Source: a virus | IMG/VR virus record: IMGVR_UViG_3300045988_127422 | Coordinates: 1 to 39,207 of that record | Length of the DNA: 39,207 nt | Direction: 5' to 3' (one strand) | Shown here: positions 22,219-31,342 of the stretch, piece by piece | How the letters are laid out: every line of letters starts with the position of its first letter | Numbering within the stretch: the first letter of the stretch is position 1 | Position numbers and translations under genes: made by a program | The notes under the pieces: model-generated | Database searches by the model: none | What the model was told of the DNA's origin: nothing | Seen by the model: the letters and a program-made list of their open reading frames with translations, nothing else

Positions 22219-23775
22219 TCAGTTCCTTTCTACACCAAAACTATAGCCTTTTTTTAGGAACTTTTCAATAGCAACATCTTTATCTTTGTGCTTTTCAAGT
22301 ATATCTTTCATAACAGATTTTGCTTCTATAAAATTAAAGTTATCGAGTTTGTTGATATACCTAGTTTTTCCTTGATTTGTAACAATTGTCATTGTTTTTA
22401 TAGAAGGATATGTCATAAAAACATTTATGTCATTCATAGAAAAATAAGACAGTCCAGGATGATTATGTACTAATTCCAATGTTCGTTCATCAGAAGAAAC
22501 TAATAAATGGAATGTATCTGAATCACCTAAAAAGTCTACACTATCCTCTGTACCTTTTACAAAATTTGTCGGTGTCTTCTCGATGTTAGTTATTTTTCTT
22601 AGTGCTAAGACTTCATTGCTATTATTGTACTTCTTTGAATAGGATAATAATTCTTGTCTTACAAGCATCGACTCATGAGCTTCATCCTCTGTATACCCTG
22701 TTGGTCTAACATTTTTTATTTTGTTTATAGCCTGGCTTGTAATATTTACTTTGTTTCCTTTTTTGTGTTGCTCTATTTGAGTATTAAAATCAATACTTTT
22801 CCACTCGTCAAACCTTAGACTATGCTCTCCATTAGCTAATCCATTTAGCCACTGCTCATATACGTTTCTATCTGAATAAGGTGCGAGCGCACAATGACAA
22901 TTTGGATGCATAGGTGGAGCATTCTCGCCTATTTCCATGTCTTTAAGTTTAAAGACCTTGCCATCCATTTCTTTACATAATGGACACACATCTTTTAAGC
23001 CACAGGCTACATATTCATACTCATCTATTCCGTTAGCTTCGTAAGATTCTGCCTGTGCTTGCGTTTGAACTCGTGCTACCTCTGTTCGCAACAATCTTTC
23101 TGCATTGCATCTTGATACATCGAATTTCTTTCGTATCTGAGGGATAAACTCTCTTGGATTCTTACCTTGAATCAATGCACTGGATAGAACACTGGATAAA
23201 CTGTTTTTTAGCTGGTCTTGATTTACCCAAATTCGTTCTGAAAAGGTTGCGTTCTTAAAAGATGAATCTGCTACTGTTTTGGCCATCTTCGCATTGTCAA
23301 TCACTGTATCACCTAAGATAGAAGCATTACGTTTGAGTTCTTCTAAATAGGCTCCTTCCAGTTTATCACCAGTATACGACTTCAATTCGTCATGGCCTGC
23401 CACAAGTTCTAATCCAATGTTCGCTTTTAAAAGCTCCAATCGGTTGACTTTCATTGCTAAGTTATAAAGTCTCATCTGTTCATTGGCTTCATCTGAAAAG
23501 TTCTTTTCCTTTACATACTTCTTAGCTTTTCTTTGATATGCTTGGATATCTATGTTAGAAACTCTCTTTTTGGCTTCTGCCATAGTAATGTTTTCTTTAT
23601 TGGCATAGCGAGTAAAAAAGGATTCGATTTCCTTTTCAACCGAATCCATCATGTTTGCATATATTTCTTGTATCTCATCCGCATATTGCTTTTCATCTTT
23701 TAAGCGTTTCTTTTTCCATTCAAGCTCACGATCTCGCCAATATGTTTTACTGCTCATCGTTTTGTGAATCCTCAT
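22219..23775 (-). CDS. Minor head protein (SPP1 gp7 / Mu F family) with a roughly 200-aa C-terminal extension
   Basis: RLLRTEVARVQTQAQ...VACGLKDVCPLCKEMDGKVF...APPMHPNCHCALAPY is the Phage_Mu_F signature. It follows the portal. The start is uncertain (23775 or the ATG at 23757). Confidence 0.8.
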   Translation of the reverse strand: MRIHKTMSSKTYWRDRELEWKKKRLKDEKQYADEIQEIYANMMDSVEKEIESFFTRYANKENITMAEAKKRVSNIDIQAYQRKAKKYVKEKNFSDEANEQMRLYNLAMKVNRLELLKANIGLELVAGHDELKSYTGDKLEGAYLEELKRNASILGDTVIDNAKMAKTVADSSFKNATFSERIWVNQDQLKNSLSSVLSSALIQGKNPREFIPQIRKKFDVSRCNAERLLRTEVARVQTQAQAESYEANGIDEYEYVACGLKDVCPLCKEMDGKVFKLKDMEIGENAPPMHPNCHCALAPYSDRNVYEQWLNGLANGEHSLRFDEWKSIDFNTQIEQHKKGNKVNITSQAINKIKNVRPTGYTEDEAHESMLVRQELLSYSKKYNNSNEVLALRKITNIEKTPTNFVKGTEDSVDFLGDSDTFHLLVSSDERTLELVHNHPGLSYFSMNDINVFMTYPSIKTMTIVTNQGKTRYINKLDNFNFIEAKSVMKDILEKHKDKDVAIEKFLKKGYSFGVERN

Positions 23776-25105
23776 TATTTTGGAAGATTCGGTTTTCAGT
23801 TTCTACCATATCATTCTCATCTTCCTTTTTGATACGTTCCATTTCGGCATTCGTATCTTCAACTGCCGAGATAAACGACAATTGAGTTTCGTGAGACACG
23901 ATTCCTGATAATTGTGCAGCAGTCTGTGCTTCTTCTAATAAGTTTGCAGGATAATTTTGTGTAAACTTGTATTCAACCTCAAGCCAGTCATTCTCAGAAC
24001 GATGTGTGATCGCATTACTAAATAAGACTCGATATCTACGATTCATTCCAGACGTGAACTTTCGCTCTTTCGCTTTTGCCAGGTTTGACATAGAAAGAAG
24101 TTTATATCTCAATGCAATACCTGATGACGTTCCAAAGTTCTCATCATTGATATTGGCCACCATTGAGTTTTGGAAGATTAAACGTTCTAATCTGTTGATC
24201 AGATTTTCCTGTGTTGCATCTGCATTTGGCTTTGACATGAAATCAACTACAATTCCGTCACCACTTCCATCCATTGACTCAAAGTTAATTGTTCGATTTT
24301 CACGAATGTGTACTAAATCAGACTCTTCTAATTTTGGACCTAAGATTTTTAAATAGGCATCTGCGAAATAATCAACATCATTTGCTTTTTCTGACATTGC
24401 TTTGTTATAGGCATTAATCAAACTGTATGTTGATTCAAAAATAGACATACGTTCTTCATTCTCAATAAATTCAGTGGCCGGAATATCGTTGAATCCATGC
24501 TCTACACCATCAAACACATGAAGACCGCCTTTATCGTTGAACTCATACTTATATGTTTTGTCATAGATATATCCACGCATTACTTCATCAACAATATGAT
24601 ATGTTACAAAATATCTAGGTTTCTGAACTGTTGATTCATCATAAACCATGAAGCCTTCTCTTGGATCTAAATAGGTAATCCCTAGATTTCCATAATCATC
24701 ATTGAAATACAATTCATATCCTTTTCCAAAAACACTACAAATCTTAGATAGTTCTGCATTGTTGTCGTCCTGATCATTGTATTTATCTAGCAAGTTGATA
24801 TAATCATCAATTTCTTTTTTCTTAGATGATACTTTGATTGGAACGCCAATAAAAAAACCGTTGAATGTGTCAACAATGTATTTTGCAAAGTTGACAACCA
24901 CACGGTTATCGGGTTTATAGGCTTCTTTGTTGGCTTGATGCAAGATTGGATAATCTCCAATATAGGCATCATATAGCTTTTTATATCTGTCTGTGATTAA
25001 CGACTTATGACTTGTAATCAATCTATTCAACACTTCAATGTTGAGGATGTCTTTGTCGTCAGATAATTTAAATATCGTATCTGGTTTAATAATGTATGCG
25101 TTCAT
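23747..25105 (-). CDS. Portal protein (SPP1 gp6 type)
   Basis: 452 aa directly after TerL with a TAATG junction. SD is AAAGGAGG. It has an acidic C-terminus. Confidence 0.85.
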   Translation of the reverse strand: MNAYIIKPDTIFKLSDDKDILNIEVLNRLITSHKSLITDRYKKLYDAYIGDYPILHQANKEAYKPDNRVVVNFAKYIVDTFNGFFIGVPIKVSSKKKEIDDYINLLDKYNDQDDNNAELSKICSVFGKGYELYFNDDYGNLGITYLDPREGFMVYDESTVQKPRYFVTYHIVDEVMRGYIYDKTYKYEFNDKGGLHVFDGVEHGFNDIPATEFIENEERMSIFESTYSLINAYNKAMSEKANDVDYFADAYLKILGPKLEESDLVHIRENRTINFESMDGSGDGIVVDFMSKPNADATQENLINRLERLIFQNSMVANINDENFGTSSGIALRYKLLSMSNLAKAKERKFTSGMNRRYRVLFSNAITHRSENDWLEVEYKFTQNYPANLLEEAQTAAQLSGIVSHETQLSFISAVEDTNAEMERIKKEDENDMVETENRIFQNNEDSQNDEQ

Positions 25106-26361
25106 TAAATACCTCCTTTAAATGTCCTTACTTTAACTCGGCCAAATGCATATTTTTCAACTGCATATCGCATTGCATCCATCAAGTGGTTGAAATCATC
25201 AATTGGACGATTTATTTTGTTACCCAATCTATCTTCATCCCATGTGTAGTTTCCTATTTCAGTTATGAAATTAACACATCTAGGATGAATGATAATTTCA
25301 AAATCTTGAATATATTGAATCCCATGCATAATGGAATCCTTTCCCTTTTGCGATTTCTCAACACGAAGTCCATACCCTCTTAGCTCATCAATCGACTTAG
25401 GCTCTGCACAGTCTGCCGTGTAAGACTTCTTTTGATAATGTGAGCTTTCAATCTCCTCATAAAGCCTTTTGTTGGAAAGGCCTTTTTTATACACCTCATC
25501 CCAAACATAAAGTTTCTTATGTTCTGTATCAATAAAACCTATAAATACTGCAGCAGGGTCATTTGTATACCCGAAGTCAATACCATCTACAGAATCACAG
25601 TTAACGACTTGATCTAGTGTATATTCTTCCTCTTTCCAATTCTCATAAACCAATCCATCAACAATACCCCAATTTCCTAATCCAGCAACTTGATATCGTC
25701 TAGGATTGTTCTTCTTCATATTTTCAAACAACCTTAAATCGGCATCATCCAACCATTCATTACACTTATAATTGGTTGTGATAGCCAATATGTCAGGATC
25801 ATTCTTTGCATCAAAGAAACGTTTTTTAAGCCAATGGTGTTCATTCCAAGGGTTGAATGTAATCATCCACTGTTTCCAAAGATGAGGCGGCAGCTCACCA
25901 CGAATTGACTCATCTAATGTATCAAAGTCTTTTTCACTTGTTATCTCATAGGCTTCTTCAAGCCAAGCCCAACACAAATATCCATAATCAACAGTAATAG
26001 ATGTTACTTTTAATGGATCATCAAGACCTCTAAAAAGAATCTTCTGCCCAGTTGGAAGATAAGTTGCTTCCAAAGGTGAATACTTGAATTCCCATAAGTT
26101 CTCAACTCCCAACCTTTTTGTGGCCCATTTTAAATCCGTAAAGCACGAATCTTTAAGCGTTCGATAAGTTTTACGAACAACAAGAGTATTCGACTGATCG
26201 TATTTCATCATGTTGTATATGATGCGCAATGCGGTTGTTTTCGATTTTTTAGAAGCACGCGATCCTTTGCATGCAACATAACGTCCTCTAAAGTTCCAAT
26301 AAGACTTATATCCTCTTCCAACTATTTCAGGTAACCTGATAGTCTTAGTCTTCAAGTTCAT
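25105..26361 (-). CDS. terL: Terminase large subunit (PBSX/Terminase_3 type)
   Basis: Walker A-like CKGSRASKKSKTT, with Walker B/coupling WLEEAYE. The C-terminal nuclease region includes DAMRYA. It overlaps the TerS 3' end. Confidence 0.9.
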   Translation of the reverse strand: MNLKTKTIRLPEIVGRGYKSYWNFRGRYVACKGSRASKKSKTTALRIIYNMMKYDQSNTLVVRKTYRTLKDSCFTDLKWATKRLGVENLWEFKYSPLEATYLPTGQKILFRGLDDPLKVTSITVDYGYLCWAWLEEAYEITSEKDFDTLDESIRGELPPHLWKQWMITFNPWNEHHWLKKRFFDAKNDPDILAITTNYKCNEWLDDADLRLFENMKKNNPRRYQVAGLGNWGIVDGLVYENWKEEEYTLDQVVNCDSVDGIDFGYTNDPAAVFIGFIDTEHKKLYVWDEVYKKGLSNKRLYEEIESSHYQKKSYTADCAEPKSIDELRGYGLRVEKSQKGKDSIMHGIQYIQDFEIIIHPRCVNFITEIGNYTWDEDRLGNKINRPIDDFNHLMDAMRYAVEKYAFGRVKVRTFKGGI

Positions 26362-26842
26362 CTTCTCCTTCGAACTTAGGAACTACGATTTCTGCTTGAA
26401 CCTTATCTGTGAATAATGCATATCTTTTTCCAAGCAATTCCGCAGCTTTATTTGCATCAGAAAGCTTTGCAGGAATCTCAACGATTTGGGGAACTTCTTC
26501 TTTAACCGTTTTCTTTCTTGGTTTTCCATCTCCTGTATCAACATATTCCGAGCGCTCTTTTGTCAGTGTTACAACAACAGATTCCTTCATTTCTCGTCGC
26601 ATTACTTTTGTGAGGTATTCCATGACTTCTTGAACATCTGCCACATTGTTACTGTGCGCTTTCTCAAGACACTCATCCACATATTCTCTGATATGCGGTA
26701 AAGCTAATAACCTAGATGCATGCTTTGATGCATTATCTCGGCTCTTGCAATTCTTATAAACTTCCAAATAAGCATCTACTGCGTTCATAGTTATCAAATA
26801 TTTCTCACAAAAAAGCTTTTGCTTTTCAGTCAACTTAGCCAT
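26345..26842 (-). CDS. terS: Terminase small subunit (Terminase_2 type)
   Basis: MAKLTEKQKLFCEKYLITMNAVDAYLEVY...ASKHASRLLALPHIREYV. I set the start at the ATG at 26842, which has an AGGAGG SD. The track start at 26875 lacks one. Confidence 0.85.
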   Translation of the reverse strand: MAKLTEKQKLFCEKYLITMNAVDAYLEVYKNCKSRDNASKHASRLLALPHIREYVDECLEKAHSNNVADVQEVMEYLTKVMRREMKESVVVTLTKERSEYVDTGDGKPRKKTVKEEVPQIVEIPAKLSDANKAAELLGKRYALFTDKVQAEIVVPKFEGEDELED

Positions 26843-26863
26843 AGAATTCCTCCTTTCTTGCAT

Positions 26864-26888
26864 AAAAAAAGCCAAGACCTCTGTCTTG
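26864..26888 (-). terminator. Short hairpin plus T7 immediately upstream of terS
   Basis: The minus strand reads CAAGAC-agag-GTCTTG followed by GCTTTTTTT. Confidence 0.5.
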
Positions 26889-26949
26889 ACATAATTTCTT
26901 ATAATATTAGTTTATCACGAAATTCTTGTCCACTAGGGGACAAAATGCA

Positions 26950-27768
26950 TTATTCGTAACTTTTTACCTCAATAACTGTATAACTGATTGGATCTCCATT
27001 CTTTAATCTTACTCGCATTTTCGCATTCAATTTTGATACAAGTGGAAAGCTAATCTCTTTTTCCTTTACTTTTTTCAAAAAATTCTCATCCTCAATATCT
27101 GCATTGATTGTTTTTCCAAGGAATTTAAACTGCCATTTACTGTTTCCTAATAAATCAGGCTTCCGAACAATTAATACTCCTGTTGCTTCTTCTTCGGTGA
27201 TATCACCATTTAGTGATTCAACATCAATAGGATTCCTAGTTCTAATTAAATCGTCTTTATCCATTTCAACGGTCTTTACTGTTTTATCATCAGTAACTGC
27301 GATGGAAAAGCCTGTCCGATCATCATCTTCTGAAATAGTTCTTGATAATTCTGATAAGCACTTTTCTATTGAGGAATCTCTTGTGTAAAGATTATATGTT
27401 CTGTTATCAATATAGGTTACATTACCAACACAAGACTTGACTATAGTATTATTCCCTTCATGAATTACTTCTGCAGGCATTTGTCCACCAAGATTTTTCT
27501 TCAGTTCAACAATACTATTAAACGATTCTAGGATAGGTGGCATCAATGGAAATAATACAGTAGCCATATCAACAATCTGCTCTATCGTTATCATAAAGCT
27601 ACCCTTTTCGATATTCTTTACTTTAAATTTGCAAAAATCATTTTCGGTTAATGACGAATCAGTAATTTTACCTAAAACCGCAACAACACAGTCTAGCGAC
27701 TTAGATAATGTTTCTATATCAATGTCATTTTCGCCTTTAAACCTTAATGTAAGTGTTTCTTTTTTCAT
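26950..27768 (-). CDS. Hypothetical 272-aa protein (moron between the late regulator and terS)
   Basis: I set the start at the ATG at 27768 (SD AAGAGGG 6 nt upstream). No motif recognised. It is followed by its own terminator. Confidence 0.6.
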   Translation of the reverse strand: MKKETLTLRFKGENDIDIETLSKSLDCVVAVLGKITDSSLTENDFCKFKVKNIEKGSFMITIEQIVDMATVLFPLMPPILESFNSIVELKKNLGGQMPAEVIHEGNNTIVKSCVGNVTYIDNRTYNLYTRDSSIEKCLSELSRTISEDDDRTGFSIAVTDDKTVKTVEMDKDDLIRTRNPIDVESLNGDITEEEATGVLIVRKPDLLGNSKWQFKFLGKTINADIEDENFLKKVKEKEISFPLVSKLNAKMRVRLKNGDPISYTVIEVKSYE

Positions 27769-27849
27769 GACATACCCTCTTTTAATCAACATTATTGTAC
27801 CACCTCTTCTTTTAAACACTAATACCTATATGAACATTATCAACGTCAA

Positions 27850-28287
27850 TTAAACTAATTTACCAATTTCTCTGCGGATATGTTTGTACATTCCGTTCTT
27901 TGTATAACCATATTTTTCTGCAACATCCCATGCATTCATATTCCAAAAGTATAGATCAAACAAAATATTCTGATCGCGCAAAGATAGAAGTTCTATCGCT
28001 TTACATTCATTTAAACGTCTACGATAATAGTTGATTTCTGCCACCTTTTGAGATTCTTCCTCCATCATTCCTAAAGGACTTGTATAACAGCCATGAAAGG
28101 TTGGCATAGGAGCACTGGATTTCTCCTGCTCCTTTGTCAACCTAATTGGATTATGACTAAGCCCTAACATTTTATGATTCAGAACCTCTAGTTCCTCGTT
28201 CAATTCAATAATTCGATGGCAGCAATAGTTTGCCGACTTCAAGTCATTCAACATTTGATTTACTTTTAATTTGTTCATTTTGTCCAC
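27850..28287 (-). CDS. ArpU/RinA-like late-gene transcriptional activator (sigma-70 region-4-like HTH)
   Basis: About 145 aa, positioned just upstream of the packaging genes. The C-terminal LFDLYFWNMNAWDVAEKYGYTKNGMYKHIRREIGKL is HTH-like. Confidence 0.6.
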   Translation of the reverse strand: MDKMNKLKVNQMLNDLKSANYCCHRIIELNEELEVLNHKMLGLSHNPIRLTKEQEKSSAPMPTFHGCYTSPLGMMEEESQKVAEINYYRRRLNECKAIELLSLRDQNILFDLYFWNMNAWDVAEKYGYTKNGMYKHIRREIGKLV

Positions 28288-28566
28288 CTACTTCTTCTTT
28301 GCGACAACTGACCCTCTGTGCCAGGACTCTTCCCCACTACGATATCTGCGTTCATTTGCTCTTTCCTGATGTAGTTTGTATTCTTTCAACCCTAGATTCT
28401 CACGCTCTAGTTTAGCAATGTAATCAATGACGTGATCCAATTTATTGTCCAGGTCAAACGATTTGTCTTTCGTTGCATTTCGAACGAAACGAAAGTAATT
28501 CAACAATGAATCACATTCATCTTTGATTTCTTTGTTGTGAATTTCATATTCAGTTAAGTTCATCAC
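28288..28566 (-). CDS. Hypothetical protein (92 aa)
   Basis: ORF in the operon with no motif. Confidence 0.45.
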   Translation of the reverse strand: MMNLTEYEIHNKEIKDECDSLLNYFRFVRNATKDKSFDLDNKLDHVIDYIAKLERENLGLKEYKLHQERANERRYRSGEESWHRGSVVAKKK

Positions 28567-28763
28567 TTCGTCTCCTCGAATCCTTCGTAAGAACTAGCAT
28601 ACATACATTTGTATGTTCGCAAGTCCTTATTCTTTTGTTCCAGTTCATTCATCAACTGTTCATTCTGGCACTCCAGACTGTTGATCCTATCGGACACGAT
28701 AACGGAATACAGCATCATCGCACCTAGCCCTCCGACAAAGAACCCGATCATAAAGTAGATCAC
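28563..28763 (-). CDS. Small membrane protein with a coiled-coil tail (66 aa)
   Basis: N-terminal TM segment IYFMIGFFVGGLGAMMLYSVIV. GTGA overlap with the upstream stop. Confidence 0.45.
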   Translation of the reverse strand: MIYFMIGFFVGGLGAMMLYSVIVSDRINSLECQNEQLMNELEQKNKDLRTYKCMYASSYEGFEETK

Positions 28764-28990
28764 CCAACCACCTCACAATTTCTTAAAATCTCATTGATAG
28801 CTACATTAGCAGGAACATTTTTAAAAAATCCTTGTTTCTTCAGGTCCGATAAAGCTGCATACCTGCTAATCGACTTATTGCCAGGTTCTCCTTCAAAGGC
28901 CCGTAATAAATTGAATTCCTTCCAAGTTATCTTATATAGCGGCTCCTTATTTTCTCTTCTAGGCATCATAAACCCTGCCTGTCGTATCAT
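28760..28990 (-). CDS. Hypothetical protein (76 aa); paralogous to the C-terminus of 28987..29478
   Basis: Shared pattern: EFNLLRAF...ISRYAALSDLKKQGFFKNVP...INEILRNCEVVG versus EYDLLNAY...ISNYGTLLEMYGKGHFKGID...IHEILDNCEVIK. Confidence 0.5.
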   Translation of the reverse strand: MIRQAGFMMPRRENKEPLYKITWKEFNLLRAFEGEPGNKSISRYAALSDLKKQGFFKNVPANVAINEILRNCEVVG

Positions 28991-29478
28991 TTGATTACCT
29001 CACAATTGTCTAAGATTTCATGAATTGGAGTACTTGTATCAATGCCTTTAAAATGTCCTTTTCCATACATTTCAAGCAAAGTACCGTAATTTGAAATACA
29101 CTGTCGCATTCCACTATTTTTATATGCATTCAATAAATCGTATTCAAATTGACTTACTTTAAACTTACAAGCTTTATATTCAACAAATCCGTATTCTTGC
29201 AGAAGCATGACAAAATTCTCTTTGTCGATAGAATTAAGTGTTGTTCTTTGGTATTTGTACTGAAGTAATTCATTCGACCTTCCATATCTCGATGCCATAT
29301 ATTTTAGACAACATTTGCATCTTCCTTCATACAATGTCATCACAAATGTAGATTCTGTGCCACCATTATTAAACGTGTAGTGTTTTCTATCATATTTGAA
29401 GTGAATCACATCGTTATGTTTAATTGATGTAATCTTTAGCTTATCGAGATTTTCAATAACCAACTTTTTATTCTTCAT
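28987..29478 (-). CDS. Hypothetical protein (163 aa)
   Basis: ATG at 29478 with a GAGGA SD (the track uses an upstream GTG). The C-terminal domain is duplicated in the next gene. Confidence 0.5.
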   Translation of the reverse strand: MKNKKLVIENLDKLKITSIKHNDVIHFKYDRKHYTFNNGGTESTFVMTLYEGRCKCCLKYMASRYGRSNELLQYKYQRTTLNSIDKENFVMLLQEYGFVEYKACKFKVSQFEYDLLNAYKNSGMRQCISNYGTLLEMYGKGHFKGIDTSTPIHEILDNCEVIK

Positions 29479-29797
29479 CCTCTGTATCCTCACATTCTTG
29501 TTCTAAGCTATCTAAATCGATATGTTGGCCACACTTTGGACAATACTCATAATCGTCATAATCGATTTCATATCTTGTGCCACATCGAGGACAAATCCAC
29601 GTGTCATACACAAGCTCACCTTTGTAATATCCATCACCCTCGATATCAGGTGTTGTTGCTGTTTCTTTTTCAACAAGATCATATAAAGTATCAAGTAACT
29701 CGTGATAATAGTCTGCACCACGCACTTCCAATTCATAACTATGTTCAGCACCAGGAGAAGTTAGCTTTGAGTTCATGAGTGAATTCACCAATCTCAT
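29468..29797 (-). CDS. Zinc-ribbon protein (109 aa)
   Basis: CPRCGTRYEIDYDDYEYCPKCGQH gives two CxxC pairs. Acidic tail. Confidence 0.5.
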   Translation of the reverse strand: MRLVNSLMNSKLTSPGAEHSYELEVRGADYYHELLDTLYDLVEKETATTPDIEGDGYYKGELVYDTWICPRCGTRYEIDYDDYEYCPKCGQHIDLDSLEQECEDTEDEE

Positions 29798-29960
29798 CGA
29801 GTGTGGCTAAATCAATTTGTTCCTTTGAAATTGTAGTCAAACCATATTCTTTCATGATTGCCGAATTCAGCTCATCTTGTTTTTTTAGCATTGTCTCAAT
29901 CATGCGTAGTTCTGAGTCTTTCATCGTTTTTCCTCCTTGTTGTCTTTTGAAGAAATCCAT
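29745..29960 (-). CDS. Short ORF resembling the N-terminal part of a MazG/dimeric-dUTPase-like fold (71 aa)
   Basis: MLKKQDELNSAIMKEYGL...ATLDEIGEFTHELKANFSW resembles q.eLn........ al..E.gEl.... fKwW. It is much shorter than a full domain. Confidence 0.3.
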   Translation of the reverse strand: MDFFKRQQGGKTMKDSELRMIETMLKKQDELNSAIMKEYGLTTISKEQIDLATLDEIGEFTHELKANFSWC

Positions 29961-30343
29961 TCAAGTGTTTTGAACGTTTCCTCGTTTTGTTTTTTCTGCT
30001 CTTTCAGTAAGGCTTTATGCTTTTTTAGATCCACTCCGCCAAAATATGCATCCATATTGCTTAGGCCATACATGATCTGTTCTTCTTCAGTGAATGGAAG
30101 GTTATTCTGGTCATGTCCTTCTGGATCTAGAACGAAATCATATTCATCTGGAGTTCCGCAGCCATTCTGCAGGTTGAAGTACTGGATGTGTCCATCGTCA
30201 TCCAGGTACAATCTGTCGTGTTCGTTTGTTCCGACCATGTGAATGCATTTCGTGCAGTAATCTCTCACGTAGATGGCCGGCATCTTTATACAGTCAAAAA
30301 TCATCATTCTCGATTTCTCCTTTAAAACTTCGCCATTCTTCAT
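29921..30343 (-). CDS. Hypothetical protein (140 aa)
   Basis: ATGA overlap with the ssb stop. No motif. Confidence 0.5.
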   Translation of the reverse strand: MKNGEVLKEKSRMMIFDCIKMPAIYVRDYCTKCIHMVGTNEHDRLYLDDDGHIQYFNLQNGCGTPDEYDFVLDPEGHDQNNLPFTEEEQIMYGLSNMDAYFGGVDLKKHKALLKEQKKQNEETFKTLEWISSKDNKEEKR

Positions 30344-30852
30344 CAGAAAGGCAAGTCGTCTGATGCAATCTCAAGAGCATCAACTTCGGCTTGTTGAGTC
30401 AAACTTTGCGCATACTGCACATTTGATTGATTGTGATTGCTTGTCTGAACTCCATACGATTGATTCCGAGCGTAACTTTGAGTGCCATAGGTATTTGTAA
30501 CTCCTAGAGTGTTTTGCCCGTTAAAATCATTTCTAGGTGTCAAAAACTGTACATTCTCTGCAATAACTTCTGTGACATAGACTTTTTGCCCTTGTTGGTT
30601 GTCGTATGAGCGTGTATTGATTCGGCCTTCAATGCCTAGCTGATTGCCTTTCTTCTGGTACAGTTGGATATTGTCGGCCAGTTTGTTCCATGCAACGCAG
30701 TTGATGAAATCAGCATCTTGTGTTCCATCTTGGTTCTGTCTTCGATTGACTGCCAAGGTAAATGAACAGACACTCGTTCCACTCTGTGTCTTTCTGAGTT
30801 CTGGATCACGTGTCAATCGGCCAATCAGAACCACTCTGTTGATATCCTGCAT
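30343..30852 (-). CDS. ssb: Single-stranded DNA-binding protein
   Basis: NRVVLIGRLTRDPELRKTQSGTSVCSFTLAVNR...VAWNKLADN...GNQLGIEGRINTRSY is an OB fold. It has a Gln/Asn-rich linker and the canonical acidic tail DDLPF. Confidence 0.95.
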   Translation of the reverse strand: MQDINRVVLIGRLTRDPELRKTQSGTSVCSFTLAVNRRQNQDGTQDADFINCVAWNKLADNIQLYQKKGNQLGIEGRINTRSYDNQQGQKVYVTEVIAENVQFLTPRNDFNGQNTLGVTNTYGTQSYARNQSYGVQTSNHNQSNVQYAQSLTQQAEVDALEIASDDLPF

Positions 30853-30856
30853 AGGC

Positions 30857-31342
30857 TCACGCTTTCAATCCGCAATCATTCGCGATTGCCTGCATAGATT
30901 CGGCCATCATCTGACGCATCTTTTTCGTGTCTGCAGTAACCAAGTCGACCAGGTCGTTGAATTCCGCCATGTTGATCGTGCTCTTGAAAGCTTGATACTT
31001 CTCAACAAGTGTCGGTTCGACTTCTGGCTCTTCTTCCTGGATGGATTCAACCACCTGAGCTTCTTCTGGTTTTGATTCAGATGCTGCATTGACTACGACC
31101 TCCGTTTTTTCTTCAACTTGCTTTTTGGCAGCAGGTCTGCCACGTCGCTTTGCCACTTTCTCGATGATATCCGCTTCACGAATGTTCATTCCGTTGATTC
31201 GGTATGGTGCTACGTTGTCTGTGTCGTCAACGTATGCGATAAGTCCTTCTCTGTCCACTCCGGCGCAGTGATAAACAACTTTATCACCAGGAGCGTATTT
31301 GAGTTCTTGTTTTTCGGCTTGTTTTTTAGTTTTCATTTTCAC
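30857..31342 (-). CDS. Hypothetical protein with an AT-hook-like RRGRPAAKK motif
   Basis: ORF in the replication module. Confidence 0.5.
   Translation of the reverse strand: MKMKTKKQAEKQELKYAPGDKVVYHCAGVDREGLIAYVDDTDNVAPYRINGMNIREADIIEKVAKRRGRPAAKKQVEEKTEVVVNAASESKPEEAQVVESIQEEEPEVEPTLVEKYQAFKSTINMAEFNDLVDLVTADTKKMRQMMAESMQAIANDCGLKA

Noticed and set aside
7051-24972. Shadow ORFs inside or antisense to the structural genes. Examples: 7051..7257, 8005..8223, 8468..8698, 9353..9538, 9472..9723, 10523..10774, 11032..11283, 11305..11544, 11957..12139, 13604..13834, 14450..14686, 15470..15820, 15974..16180, 17235..17489, 17780..18064, 18565..18801, 18690..18950, 18998..19225, 19185..19391, 19355..19546, 19610..19798, 20475..20729, 20695..21177, 22077..22271, 22288..22473, 23655..23885, 23967..24356 and 24787..24972.
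   Set aside because: They are fully nested in or antisense to long genes with clear family signatures. They have low-complexity, Leu/Ser/Phe-rich translations and no ribosome-binding sites.
27763-27775. An extra shufflon core: the minus strand reads GTATGTCATGAAA.
   Set aside because: Only 9 of 13 positions match and the TTTAC half is missing. The sequence coincides with the SD-to-start region of gene 26950..27768.
29468-29960. ORFs 29745..29960 and 29468..29797 as one frameshifted MazG/dUTPase-like plus zinc-ribbon gene.
   Set aside because: The N-terminal resemblance is weak. I could not identify a slippery site or convincing continuation motifs across the overlap, so the two are left as separate low-confidence ORFs.
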